From contig JAKAQO010000001.1 in assembly GCA_021822495.1 (NCBI GenBank), positions 264,808 to 328,807 on the forward strand: DNA of 64,000 bases, given 5' to 3'. The notes under the pieces were generated by a model. It saw nothing but the letters and a program-made list of their open reading frames with translations. It made no database searches and was not told the DNA's origin. A program made the translations under genes and the position numbers. Positions 20,130 through 28,982 of the stretch are shown one piece after another (the stretch's first letter is position 1; each line of letters opens with the position of its first letter). Source of the stretch: a bacterium. GTDB lineage: Bacteria; Elusimicrobiota; Elusimicrobia; UBA1565; UBA9628.

Positions 20130-20933
20130 CTATTTTCCTTTAAAATTAGGCTTTCGCTTTTCTAAAAATGCCGTAACGCCTTCCGCGTGATCTTCCGTTT
20201 TTCCCAAAATCTCCTGCAACTGGGCTTCATACTCCATCTGGGTTTCTAAATCATTTTCCAGGGAGCGGTTCAAAGCTCGTTTGGTCAACGCGACCGATAA
20301 AGGCGGGGCGCTTAAAATTTCTTTCGCCAAATCCCAAGCCGCCGGCCCGACTTCTTCGGGACTCGCCAAACGATTGACCCAGCCGAATCGAAACGCATCT
20401 TCGGCCGTTATGGGTTTGGCCGTCCAGGCGTATTCCAGGGCTAAAGAGAGTCCCAGAAAACGAGGCATAAAATAAGTCATGCCGGAATCCGGAACCAATC
20501 CCACGCGGGAAAAGGCGTTGATAAATTTCGCATCGCGGCTCGCGACCTTAATATCGGTAGACAAAATCAAACTCGCCCCCGCTCCGGCGGCGAGACCGTT
20601 AATCGCTCCAATCACCGGTTTTTCAAGCTTGCGAATTTGAGAAATTAAAGGATTAAAATGGCGGCGCAGTTCATCCCCCAGGGAAAAAGGAGCCTCCGCC
20701 TGCCGCTCTTTCAAATCTCCCAAATCGGCTCCGGCGCAAAAGGCTCGCCCAGCGGCGGTTAAAATCACGCAACGAATTTCTGGAGTTTTCTCCGCTTTTT
20801 TAAGGGCTTCTGAAATGCCTTTGAGCATTTCCAGGGTCAGCGAGTTGAGAACCTCCGGACGGTTTAAGGTCAAGGTCATGACCCCGCCTTCCATCTGAAT
20901 CAACAGGGGTTGAGACTCGGCGATTCGGGTCAT
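20130..20933 (-). CDS. paaG: Enoyl-CoA hydratase/isomerase (PaaG-like ring-epoxide isomerase)
   Basis: GRAFCAGADL, AAGAGASL, GLVPDSG, EGVTAFLEKR; paa context. Confidence 0.75.
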   Translation of the reverse strand: MTRIAESQPLLIQMEGGVMTLTLNRPEVLNSLTLEMLKGISEALKKAEKTPEIRCVILTAAGRAFCAGADLGDLKERQAEAPFSLGDELRRHFNPLISQIRKLEKPVIGAINGLAAGAGASLILSTDIKVASRDAKFINAFSRVGLVPDSGMTYFMPRFLGLSLALEYAWTAKPITAEDAFRFGWVNRLASPEEVGPAAWDLAKEILSAPPLSVALTKRALNRSLENDLETQMEYEAQLQEILGKTEDHAEGVTAFLEKRKPNFKGK

Positions 20934-21724
20934 TATTTGCCTCTAAATTTTGGTTTACGCTTTTCAATAAACGCCTTCATTCCTTCTTTTTGATCCTCGC
21001 TGTCAAATAAATCGTAAAAAAGCTCGCGCTCCAGTTTCAAGGCCTTGGGGTGATCGGGATAATCAGGGCTTAATGCCGAGAGAACTGATTTTTTAATCGC
21101 CATGACCGCCAAGGGCGGCATTGCGGCAATCTCTCGAGCCCATTTCATCGCTTCATCCAAAAATGATTCCGCAGGAACTACGCGGTTAATGATTCCAAGT
21201 TCAAGCGCTTCGCGGGCCGATATTTTTTTACCCGTCCAGAGAATCTCTAAAGCCTTTGCGCGGCCTAAAAGCCGGGCTAGTCGCACGGTTCCGCCCGCGC
21301 CCGGCATAACCCCAATTAAGATTTCAGGCTGACCTAAAACCGCGGTCTCAGATGCGATTCTTAAATCGCAGGCCAAGGCGAGTTCCAAACCGCCGCCCAA
21401 GGCGTATCCGCTGATGGCGGCAATGGTTGGCTTGGGGAAAGTGGAAACTTTATCCCAACGAGACAAATGCGGGTCCAAGCGCATTTCTTTTGAGCTTAAG
21501 CCTTCCATTTCCGATATATCGGCCCCGGCAGCGAAAGCTTTTTGAGAACCCGACAAAACGACCGCGCGCACGGCGGAATCAGCCGCGCAATCATCCATAG
21601 CTTTTTCCAATTCATCCATCAAAGGATGACTCAAGGCATTGAGCGCTTCCGGACGGTTGAGCGTAATGAGCCCGACCGCGCCTTTCTTTTCAAAAATGAC
21701 GGAGGGCTTCGTATCCAAGATCAA
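20933..21724 (-). CDS. paaF: Enoyl-CoA hydratase (PaaF-like)
   Basis: AFAAGADI, ALGGGLELALACD, GQPEILIGVMPGAGGT. Confidence 0.75.
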   Translation of the reverse strand: MILDTKPSVIFEKKGAVGLITLNRPEALNALSHPLMDELEKAMDDCAADSAVRAVVLSGSQKAFAAGADISEMEGLSSKEMRLDPHLSRWDKVSTFPKPTIAAISGYALGGGLELALACDLRIASETAVLGQPEILIGVMPGAGGTVRLARLLGRAKALEILWTGKKISAREALELGIINRVVPAESFLDEAMKWAREIAAMPPLAVMAIKKSVLSALSPDYPDHPKALKLERELFYDLFDSEDQKEGMKAFIEKRKPKFRGK

Positions 21725-23226
21725 TTAAGGTCCACCCACACGCTCTTAAGCTGGGTATAGGATTCAATCGCGTATTGGCTTTTTTCGCGGCCGTATCCGC
21801 TTTGTTTAAAGCCGCCCCAGGGCGCGGCGGCGTCCACAAAGTGATAGCAGTTGATCCACACCGTTCCCGCCTGAATTTTCTGGGCCATTTGATGGGCTTT
21901 TTTGACGTCTTTGGTCCACACCGCAGCCACGAGTCCGTAGGGGCTGGCATTGGCCCGGGAAACGACCTCATCCACTGAATCAAAGGGCATGACGGATGCG
22001 ACCGGTCCAAAAATTTCTTCCCGCGCAATCTTCATGGAATCGCCCACGTCCGAAAACACCGTGGGCTTAACGAAATATCCGGGCCCTGACGCGGCTTCTC
22101 CTCCGGCCAAAAGTTTGGCGCCCTCTTTTTTTCCGGATTCGATATAGGACAGAACTCGATTTCTTTGCTCTTCGGAAACGAGCGGCCCCATCTGGGTTTT
22201 GGGATCAAGTCCCGGCCCTTGACGGACGGTTTTGGCGCGCTCGGCCAAAATCTGGACCATTTCCTCGTATTTTGATTTCTCGACGAAAATTCTGGATCCC
22301 GCCGAGCAACATTGTCCTTGATTATAAAAAACTCCCATGAACATTCCCTTGGCGGCGGCTTCCAAATCGGCGTCGGCAAAGACGATATTGGGAGATTTTC
22401 CGCCCAATTCCAAAGTCACCCGCTTGAGGTTTCCCGCCGAGGCTTTAAGAATCTCGCGCCCCACCTCTGTTGAGCCTGTAAAGGTAATTTTATCCACGCC
22501 CGAATGGGCGGCTAAAGCGGCTCCGGCCGTCGGGCCAAAACCCGGAATAATATTGACGACTCCTTCCGGAAGCCCGGCTTCAAGCAAAAGCTCTCCTAAG
22601 CGCAAGGCCGACAAAGGCGTTTGCTCGGCGGGTTTTAAGACGACCGCGTTTCCGCAAGCTAATGCGGGAGCAAGACGCTCAACCGCCATGAGAAGAGGAA
22701 AATTCCACGGGATGATCGCGCCAATAACCCCAACGGGCTCGCGAACAGTGTAATGCAAAAACTTGGCCCCGGGATAATACGGGACAGACACCGGAATCGT
22801 TTCCCCGTGAATTTTCGTCGGCCAACCGGCGAAATAACGCCAAAGACCGATGGTCAGGGGCAAATCTCCGTTTTTGGCTTCGCGAATGGTTTTGCCATTA
22901 TTTAAGGTTTCCAGTTGCGCAAGCTCTTCCGAATGGGCCTCGACCAGATCGGCGATTTTGTTGAGGACTCTTTCTCTCTCCGCTGGGCTCATCTTGGACC
23001 ACGGTCCCTCCAAGGCCTTGCGCGCGGCGGAAACGGCCGCGTCCACATCTTTTGAATCCGCCTCGGACACGGAAGCCAAAACTTCGCCCGTCGCCGGATT
23101 ATGGGTCTTAAAAACTTTTCCGGATGCAGATTCAGCCCAGCGTCCGCCGATGAGAAGAGGATGACTTTTCTTTGATAAGAATTTTTGCAGATTCGGATGG
23201 ATTTCCAAAGCGGCGGCAATAGGCAT
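21721..23226 (-). CDS. NAD-dependent aldehyde dehydrogenase (phenylacetaldehyde dehydrogenase-like)
   Basis: PWNFP, KPAEQTP, FTGSTEVG, LELGGKSP, NQGQCCSAG, EEIFGPV. Confidence 0.93.
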   Translation of the reverse strand: MPIAAALEIHPNLQKFLSKKSHPLLIGGRWAESASGKVFKTHNPATGEVLASVSEADSKDVDAAVSAARKALEGPWSKMSPAERERVLNKIADLVEAHSEELAQLETLNNGKTIREAKNGDLPLTIGLWRYFAGWPTKIHGETIPVSVPYYPGAKFLHYTVREPVGVIGAIIPWNFPLLMAVERLAPALACGNAVVLKPAEQTPLSALRLGELLLEAGLPEGVVNIIPGFGPTAGAALAAHSGVDKITFTGSTEVGREILKASAGNLKRVTLELGGKSPNIVFADADLEAAAKGMFMGVFYNQGQCCSAGSRIFVEKSKYEEMVQILAERAKTVRQGPGLDPKTQMGPLVSEEQRNRVLSYIESGKKEGAKLLAGGEAASGPGYFVKPTVFSDVGDSMKIAREEIFGPVASVMPFDSVDEVVSRANASPYGLVAAVWTKDVKKAHQMAQKIQAGTVWINCYHFVDAAAPWGGFKQSGYGREKSQYAIESYTQLKSVWVDLN

Positions 23227-23240
23227 AAAAACCTCCTGAA

Positions 23241-23999
23241 TTAGGGTTTAGCGGCTAGAGCTTTGTCTAAAACTTCGGGAATGTAGAGAATTCTTTGGCA
23301 ACTTTCGCAAAAAACGAAATTTTTAAGTTTCGTGACCTCAATCACCATTTGGGGAGCGAGATTCATCCGACAGGCGCCGCAAACCGCCCCTCCATCGGAT
23401 TTCTTGATCGCCTTTGAAACTGGATCGCGCTTCCCGCGGGAACGGACATGATCGTAAATTTTATGGATATCCTCGGGAATAGGCTCCGCTAAATTCTTGC
23501 GCTCGGCCAGCAAGGTCTCTTTTTTCGCTTTAACGGCCGCAAGATCGGATTCTTTTTCGGCGATTTGAGCCAAAAAGGCTTTTTCCTCTACTCCAAAATC
23601 AGCCGTCGCCTTTTTAAACTCCTGTTGGGCGCCGTCAATTTGTTCCATGAATTCCAAAATTTTAGTCTCAATATCGCCGACTTCCGATTTCGCGCGGTCA
23701 ATCTCCACTTGGAGGGCTTTAAAAGCTTCGTTGGTCTTGACGGTATTGAGTTCGCCGGAATGCTTGCGAATGGCCTCTTCTTTTTGAGCAAGCTCCAACT
23801 CCCGCTCTTTTTTCTTTTTCTCGAAATCCTGAACCTGAGCCTTGGCCTGGGAAGCCTTTTGGCGGGCGGCTTCGATTTTGTTTTTTAAATCCGCGATGAA
23901 TGCGGGAATATCCGCCAGGGATTTATCGACGGCGTCAATGGCCTGATCGTGGGCCTGAAGTTCAATAAGGCGTCGAATATGCTCCGCGTTGAGGGCCAT
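23241..23999 (-). CDS. Coiled-coil plus C4 zinc-ribbon protein (DUF164-like)
   Basis: Long coiled coil, CGAC...CESCQRILY. Confidence 0.88.
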   Translation of the reverse strand: MALNAEHIRRLIELQAHDQAIDAVDKSLADIPAFIADLKNKIEAARQKASQAKAQVQDFEKKKKERELELAQKEEAIRKHSGELNTVKTNEAFKALQVEIDRAKSEVGDIETKILEFMEQIDGAQQEFKKATADFGVEEKAFLAQIAEKESDLAAVKAKKETLLAERKNLAEPIPEDIHKIYDHVRSRGKRDPVSKAIKKSDGGAVCGACRMNLAPQMVIEVTKLKNFVFCESCQRILYIPEVLDKALAAKP

Positions 24000-24019
24000 C
24001 GAATTTATTATAGCTAATT

Positions 24020-24382
24020 TTAATCGGCCTGTTTTGAGCGCGGACGCGAAGAATCCGCACGGTAAAGAATCACCTGGACTTTTTCCATCGTCACCAAGCC
24101 TTCACGAACCATCTCGTCAAGCTTGGGCAATATCTGATTAATTTTTTCCTCCGTATCAACAATCTCAATAACGATGGGAAGGTCATAGGAGAGTTCGAGC
24201 ATCTTGGCGGTGTGAACATGGGCTTTGCACCCGAAACCCATCATGCCTCTTAAAACCGTGGCGCCGGCCATTTTGAGCGCCTTCGCCTCGTTGATAATGG
24301 CTTCATGAAGGGGGTGCCCCTGCCACTGGTCCTGCTCGCCGACGAATATCCTCAACAGTTTTTGTTCGCCCTCAAGTTTCAT
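24020..24382 (-). CDS. DUF190 family protein
   Basis: LRIFVGE, AGATVLRGMMGFG, LSYDLPIVIEIVD; follows crcB. Confidence 0.92.
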   Translation of the reverse strand: MKLEGEQKLLRIFVGEQDQWQGHPLHEAIINEAKALKMAGATVLRGMMGFGCKAHVHTAKMLELSYDLPIVIEIVDTEEKINQILPKLDEMVREGLVTMEKVQVILYRADSSRPRSKQAD

Positions 24383-24396
24383 TGCATCCTCCCAAT

Positions 24397-24771
24397 TTAT
24401 ACCATCGTTCCGATCAAAACCCCAATGCGGTAAAAGACGAGCCCGGCCCCCAAGTTCCCAATTAAATTGGCTCCCGCCCGCATCATTTCGCCGTTATCGG
24501 CCAGATTTGAGGTTTCAAGGATCCAAGTTGAGAATGTGGAATATGCGCCGCAAAAACCCGTCATGAGAAGAAGTCGCGCATTCGGCCTTAAGGCCCCGCG
24601 AGACGTCATACCGGCTAAAACGCCCACGATGAGACACGCCGTTAGATTGACGACCCAGGTTCCATAAGGAAAGCCTGTTCCAGTAAATTCCGGAACCCAG
24701 GTCGAAACGAGGTAGCGAAGAAAGGTTCCTAAAATTCCCCCTACCGAAAGAATCAGCCACTTATTATTCAT
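24397..24771 (-). CDS. crcB: Fluoride channel CrcB/FluC
   Basis: GTFLRY, FPYGTWVVN, TGFCGAYSTFST; start ATG 24771 behind CAGGAG. Confidence 0.93.
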   Translation of the reverse strand: MNNKWLILSVGGILGTFLRYLVSTWVPEFTGTGFPYGTWVVNLTACLIVGVLAGMTSRGALRPNARLLLMTGFCGAYSTFSTWILETSNLADNGEMMRAGANLIGNLGAGLVFYRIGVLIGTMV

Positions 24772-24797
24772 CAGAATAATCTCCTGATTAAGTTTTT

Positions 24798-24853
24798 TGG
24801 TAGGAGTTATCATCCTCGGAGAGACCAAGGCTTTTAGGCGAACCCCATCGCCT
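24798..24853 (-). promoter_or_regulatory. Fluoride riboswitch (crcB motif)
   Basis: GGCGATGGGGTTCGCC-TAAAAGCC...GGATGATAACTCCTAC immediately upstream of crcB. Confidence 0.92.
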
Positions 24854-24863
24854 GTGGTTTATT

Positions 24864-26045
24864 CTACAAAACTTCAAAAGTCCCGTCGGCTTTTTTGACG
24901 AAGACCTTATGATCCTGACGGGCGAAGACTTCAATCCGGTCTAACGCTAAAGGGTATTTTGCAATCGGAGATTTATCCCGGTAAGGAGAGTCAATTTTAT
25001 CCCCCACTGGAATGGATTGCCACCAATGAATCGCGTCTAATATTTCCTCAACGGGAACCGTCTCATGGTCGGTTAAATTAAGGACCGCTGTTCCCCACCC
25101 AAGGCCGTGGCGCTCAGCGTGCTTGTAAATCTGAGAATTGGCTTTGTTAAGAAACAAAGGAAATCCCTTGAGCGAATGAACCGTTTTCATCTCCGCCATG
25201 CGCCCGTCTAAAACCAAATCCGGAGTTGATTGTTCCCTCACCCCGCCCTCAATTAAAACCACCTGCAACTGATTTACGCCAGATTTCAGAAGAGATTCCA
25301 GCAGAACCCTTTCATGCGGCAACAAATCCGGCAGAATTTCAACCAGGGCTGGCGAATGGGATACATCCACCGTAATAATATCTCCGCCGTTCCCTCCAGG
25401 ATAATGATAAACCTTAAGCGACTGGATCTTCCCATTCCCAAAAGCGACCGCCAACTGCTCGCGGAAATGTTCAAGGGCCGCGTTGGTGTTGGGAATAGCG
25501 CGGGCCACCTCTCCCGCGTTTTGAACATGAATAATAGTCGGAGGGCCGCGAGCCAGAAGAGAACGGTTTTTTCCATCGTTTCCACCGCTAAAGCCCGCCC
25601 CATCCCAGGCCGACGAAAATCCTTGAAGCGAACCGTTATTTAATAATTTTTTCGCGAAATATTTAAGCCGCAGGAGTGTTTTTGAATGGATTTGGGAATA
25701 TTGGTTTTGTTGGCCGGATGAATAAGACCAAATCCTCGGAGCGGTAAAATTTTCAGCCGCAAGCGGCTTAAAATGATCCAGAAGCCCAACACTCTTAACC
25801 GGAGCGAGAATCGGATTTTTTTGCAAAAGAACGTCTTCGCTGGAAAGAATTTCCTGCCGAGGACTCAAGACCGCATCTTGTTCAAGAACCGCGCTGTTTA
25901 GATTTTGATCTTCATTATTAACGGAAGGAATCGAAATATTGACATTGATGGGGGCCAGCGTCTGGGGTTGAGAAGCATCCTCCGCGCGGTCAAGCGCATG
26001 AGAACTCAAGCTCACAAGTCTCAGTAAAAGAAGGAGCTTAATCAT
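24864..26045 (-). CDS. Secreted protein with C-terminal PD-(D/E)XK nuclease-like domain (CdiA_C-like)
   Basis: Signal peptide MIKLLLLL..SHA; TPDLVLDGRMAEMKT..KANSQ..AVLNL. Confidence 0.65.
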   Translation of the reverse strand: MIKLLLLLRLVSLSSHALDRAEDASQPQTLAPINVNISIPSVNNEDQNLNSAVLEQDAVLSPRQEILSSEDVLLQKNPILAPVKSVGLLDHFKPLAAENFTAPRIWSYSSGQQNQYSQIHSKTLLRLKYFAKKLLNNGSLQGFSSAWDGAGFSGGNDGKNRSLLARGPPTIIHVQNAGEVARAIPNTNAALEHFREQLAVAFGNGKIQSLKVYHYPGGNGGDIITVDVSHSPALVEILPDLLPHERVLLESLLKSGVNQLQVVLIEGGVREQSTPDLVLDGRMAEMKTVHSLKGFPLFLNKANSQIYKHAERHGLGWGTAVLNLTDHETVPVEEILDAIHWWQSIPVGDKIDSPYRDKSPIAKYPLALDRIEVFARQDHKVFVKKADGTFEVL

Positions 26046-26119
26046 ATTCTCATGATAGGACAAAAAGGCCCCTCGCGATAGGGCCAAAAGGCCTAGGGCG
26101 TTCTGGGCCTTTCGGCCCA
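26046..26119 (-). promoter_or_regulatory. Double GGCC box plus -10, leaderless-type promoter
   Basis: Minus strand TGGGCCGAAAGGCCC, then TAGGCCTTTTGGCCC starting 50 nt and TATCAT starting 12 nt before ATG 26045. Confidence 0.65.
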
Positions 26120-26130
26120 GACCCGCCCTG

Positions 26131-26337
26131 CTAAATCAGAAATTTTCCCTTATCTGCCACGGCCGGGTGAGGAAAAGCCCTGTTGAAAGAGAGGCTTGCG
26201 GCATTGAGAAACGCAATATGTTCCTCGGGGGTCAAACGGGCGGAAAGCGCATTTGCCCTCATCCTCGCGAAATCCGCGCGGCGTTCGGACGATGCCGCCT
26301 CATCGAGAAATCCCCGTTTTTCTTCCTCGCTAAACAT
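26131..26337 (-). CDS. Small hypothetical protein, partner of the nucleotidyltransferase remnant
   Basis: SD AAGGA, overlaps upstream stop, charged helical sequence. Confidence 0.6.
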   Translation of the reverse strand: MFSEEEKRGFLDEAASSERRADFARMRANALSARLTPEEHIAFLNAASLSFNRAFPHPAVADKGKFLI

Positions 26338-26700
26338 GGAATTCTTCCTTAAGCCGCCGGTAATCGGCCTCTTTTTGAAGGAGTTTGTAATACTCCTCTA
26401 TTCGCGTCCAATCGAGACGTTTTAGGTTCGCCTTAATTAAAGTTCTTATATCAACAGCGTCTTGTTCGCGGCTGCCGGGATCGGAATTACAAAGGGCCTG
26501 AAGCTTAAGACCTATAATATCCTCGGGCCGAGCCACCTTGATGCTTTCTCCAAAAAGGGAAAACTCGACGGCATCTCTAATCATGCGGAGGCTGAGGGGT
26601 CTAAAGGCGTGAATAAAATCAACATAGCCAAAAACCGGGAAAACATTTCCTTGATATTGCGAAACGTTATCGCTGAAAAATATCCTCTTTACAGTATAAC
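26330..26700 (-). pseudogene. 5'-truncated nucleotidyltransferase (AbiEii/DUF6036-like)
   Basis: In-frame KRIFFSDNVSQY..FGYVDFIHAFR..VARPEDIIGLKLQA..REQDAVDI; no start codon or N-terminal catalytic motifs before the upstream in-frame stop at 26729. Confidence 0.65.
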
Positions 26701-26728
26701 AGATAAATTCTCCGCCGGAAGAAACGAT

Positions 26729-27886
26729 CTAGGAAGACCATAACATTTCATAGAGCCTTTCCTGGGCGAAAACCATGCCGTGAATGTCAAACTCAGGGCC
26801 GATGGATTGGGTGGCGTTCCGCCCCAGGCGGCGGCGCAAATCGGTATCTTTCAGAAGGGCGATGACTCGCGCGGCGAGAAGCGAAACGTCTCCTTGAGGA
26901 ACGCAAAATCCATTTTCGTCGTCTTTAATCAAATCAGAAATTCCGTCGGTCGCGTAAACGGCGGAAGGCGCGCCGCTTTTCATCGCCTCCACCAAGGATC
27001 TCGGCAAGCCTTCCCAAAGGGAAGTGAGGACAAAAACATCAGAGATAGAAATCCATTCCGCCGCGTCTTTTCGCCAACCCGGGAAACGCATTCGCTCAAA
27101 AACTCCCAATTCCCGGGCTTTTTCTTCAACCGCGTCCCGCAAAGGCCCTTCGCCAATAAACAAAAACTGGGCGCGCGGAATTTCCCGGAGAACTTTTGAA
27201 GCCATCAAGACAAAATCCAGCGGATTTTTCTGGGGCTTTAAATTGCCGATAGAAAGAACCAATGGCGCATTCGTCTCAAAGCCCATTTCTCTCTTTTTAA
27301 TCTCTGGATCGGACACGGAAGCGGGAAAGCGAGATAAATCCACGCCTGAGCGAATCAAGTGAAATTTCGATTCCGGGCCGATGCCGTTTTTTAAGGCGTA
27401 ATTCCAATTTGAACGCGAGACAAAAATAAGCGCCCGGCTTAGACCCGCGCAAAGGCGCTCAAGAAACACGTAAATTTTTTTGACAACGGAGTTTTGGAAA
27501 TCGTTAAAGCCGAAACCATGATAGGTATGGACGACAACTTTAATTCCGGCCGCCCAAGCGGCCAGGCGCCCCAAGATTCCGGCTTTGGAGCTGTGAGTAT
27601 GAACGATATCCGGCTTTTCTTTTTTAAAGAAAAGCCAAAGCGAAAACAAGGCGGCTAAATCCGCAAAAGGACTAACTTCTCGGCGCAGAAAAGAAAAAAA
27701 GACGATTCGGTAAAACCCTTTCTCTGAATTTTCCTGGGCTTCATTGTCAAGCTCGCCGCCTTTTCCGCAAGCCAAAACCGCCTCATATTTTTCCGGGTTG
27801 AGATTTCTCGCCGTCCATAAAGTATTTTGCTGGGCCCCCCCGAAATCAAGGCGCGTAATGAGGTGAATGACCTTGAGTCGCTTCAT
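26729..27886 (-). CDS. Glycosyltransferase family 4
   Basis: GGAQQNT, HTHSSKAGILGR, GNLKPQK, EGLPRSLVEAM. Confidence 0.92.
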   Translation of the reverse strand: MKRLKVIHLITRLDFGGAQQNTLWTARNLNPEKYEAVLACGKGGELDNEAQENSEKGFYRIVFFSFLRREVSPFADLAALFSLWLFFKKEKPDIVHTHSSKAGILGRLAAWAAGIKVVVHTYHGFGFNDFQNSVVKKIYVFLERLCAGLSRALIFVSRSNWNYALKNGIGPESKFHLIRSGVDLSRFPASVSDPEIKKREMGFETNAPLVLSIGNLKPQKNPLDFVLMASKVLREIPRAQFLFIGEGPLRDAVEEKARELGVFERMRFPGWRKDAAEWISISDVFVLTSLWEGLPRSLVEAMKSGAPSAVYATDGISDLIKDDENGFCVPQGDVSLLAARVIALLKDTDLRRRLGRNATQSIGPEFDIHGMVFAQERLYEMLWSS

Positions 27887-28611
27887 CGATCTCCTCGCGT
27901 TTTAAGCCCGTGGGCGCAAAAGCCCAGGACCGGGCATCCCGCGCAAACGGGACTTGCGCGGCAATGATTCTTGGCCAAGGCGACCAGAAGTGCGTGAAAC
28001 TCCGCGTAGAGAAAACTCTTTCTCGAAAGACTTGCCTCGAAAAATTCTTGAAGACGCGAGTATTCGGGGTTTTTCATCCAGCCCATCCTGCGGCTGATGC
28101 GCGAGGTGTAGGCGTCAATGACAAAGACCGGGCGCCGGGCCGCGTAAAGGAGAATGGAATCAGCCGTCTCAGGGCCAATACCCCATAAGCCCAAGAGTTC
28201 TCCCCGAACCTTCTCCAGCGGGCCGGAAAGCCAATCCTTAAGCGAGCCCCCGCGACTCAGAGCAGCCTCGACGAAAATCTTGATTTTCCGGCTTTTCTGG
28301 CGGAAATAACCGGAAGAGCGAATCAAGGATTGAAGCTTACGGGGAGAGATTTTGATTAATTTTTCCAAATCCAAAATCCGGGCGGCCTTAAGACGCATAA
28401 GAGCCTTGCAGACATTTTCCCAATTCGTGTTTTGAGTCAGAATGGCGCCCAAACAAATTTCCAAGCATTCTTTCTCGCTTAAACTTCCCCAAAATCCCGG
28501 GCGATAGATTGGGCTCCGTCCATTTGCTGGAGTCACCGGCCACCAACCTTGAGGGCCGTAAGAATTTAAGAGGGTTCTATAGATAAGCGCCGGAGAATTT
28601 TTCGGGTTCAG
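27883..28611 (-). CDS. Endonuclease III-related HhH-GPD protein
   Basis: YGPQGWWP, GAILTQNTNW, GIGPETADSIL, C-x6-C-x2-C-x5-C; probable CTG start at 28611. Confidence 0.85.
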   Translation of the reverse strand: MNPKNSPALIYRTLLNSYGPQGWWPVTPANGRSPIYRPGFWGSLSEKECLEICLGAILTQNTNWENVCKALMRLKAARILDLEKLIKISPRKLQSLIRSSGYFRQKSRKIKIFVEAALSRGGSLKDWLSGPLEKVRGELLGLWGIGPETADSILLYAARRPVFVIDAYTSRISRRMGWMKNPEYSRLQEFFEASLSRKSFLYAEFHALLVALAKNHCRASPVCAGCPVLGFCAHGLKTRGDR

Positions 28612-28982
28612 CTCTTTGTTCCTAAAACCTTTTCGATTTTCTTAAAGAGGCGCTGGGAGTCGAATGGCTTAATCAGGTAATCGTCCGCCCCGCTGGCAAA
28701 AGCCGACTCCACGTCTCCCATGCGCCCCAAGGCCGTCGTCATGACGATTTTAATTTCCTTGGTCGCCGGATCTTTTTTAAGAATTTGACAGACGTCAAAA
28801 CCGCCCATCTTAGGTAAAATTACGTCCAAAAGAATGAGTTGGGGCTTTTCTCGCCTGGCTGCGGCCACTCCCTCGGCTCCGTCCATGGCCGCAACAACCC
28901 CATACCCCTTGGCCGCAAGCAAGGCTTTCAAACTTTCCAGAATTGTCGGATCGTCTTCAACAACCAATATTTTAATGGCCAT
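28608..28982 (-). CDS. Single-domain response regulator
   Basis: ILVVEDD, ILLDVILP, GADDYLIKPF. Confidence 0.92.
   Translation of the reverse strand: MAIKILVVEDDPTILESLKALLAAKGYGVVAAMDGAEGVAAARREKPQLILLDVILPKMGGFDVCQILKKDPATKEIKIVMTTALGRMGDVESAFASGADDYLIKPFDSQRLFKKIEKVLGTKS

Noticed and set aside
24020-24853. Riboswitch-crcB-DUF190 unit as a novelty
   Set aside because: Well-known arrangement
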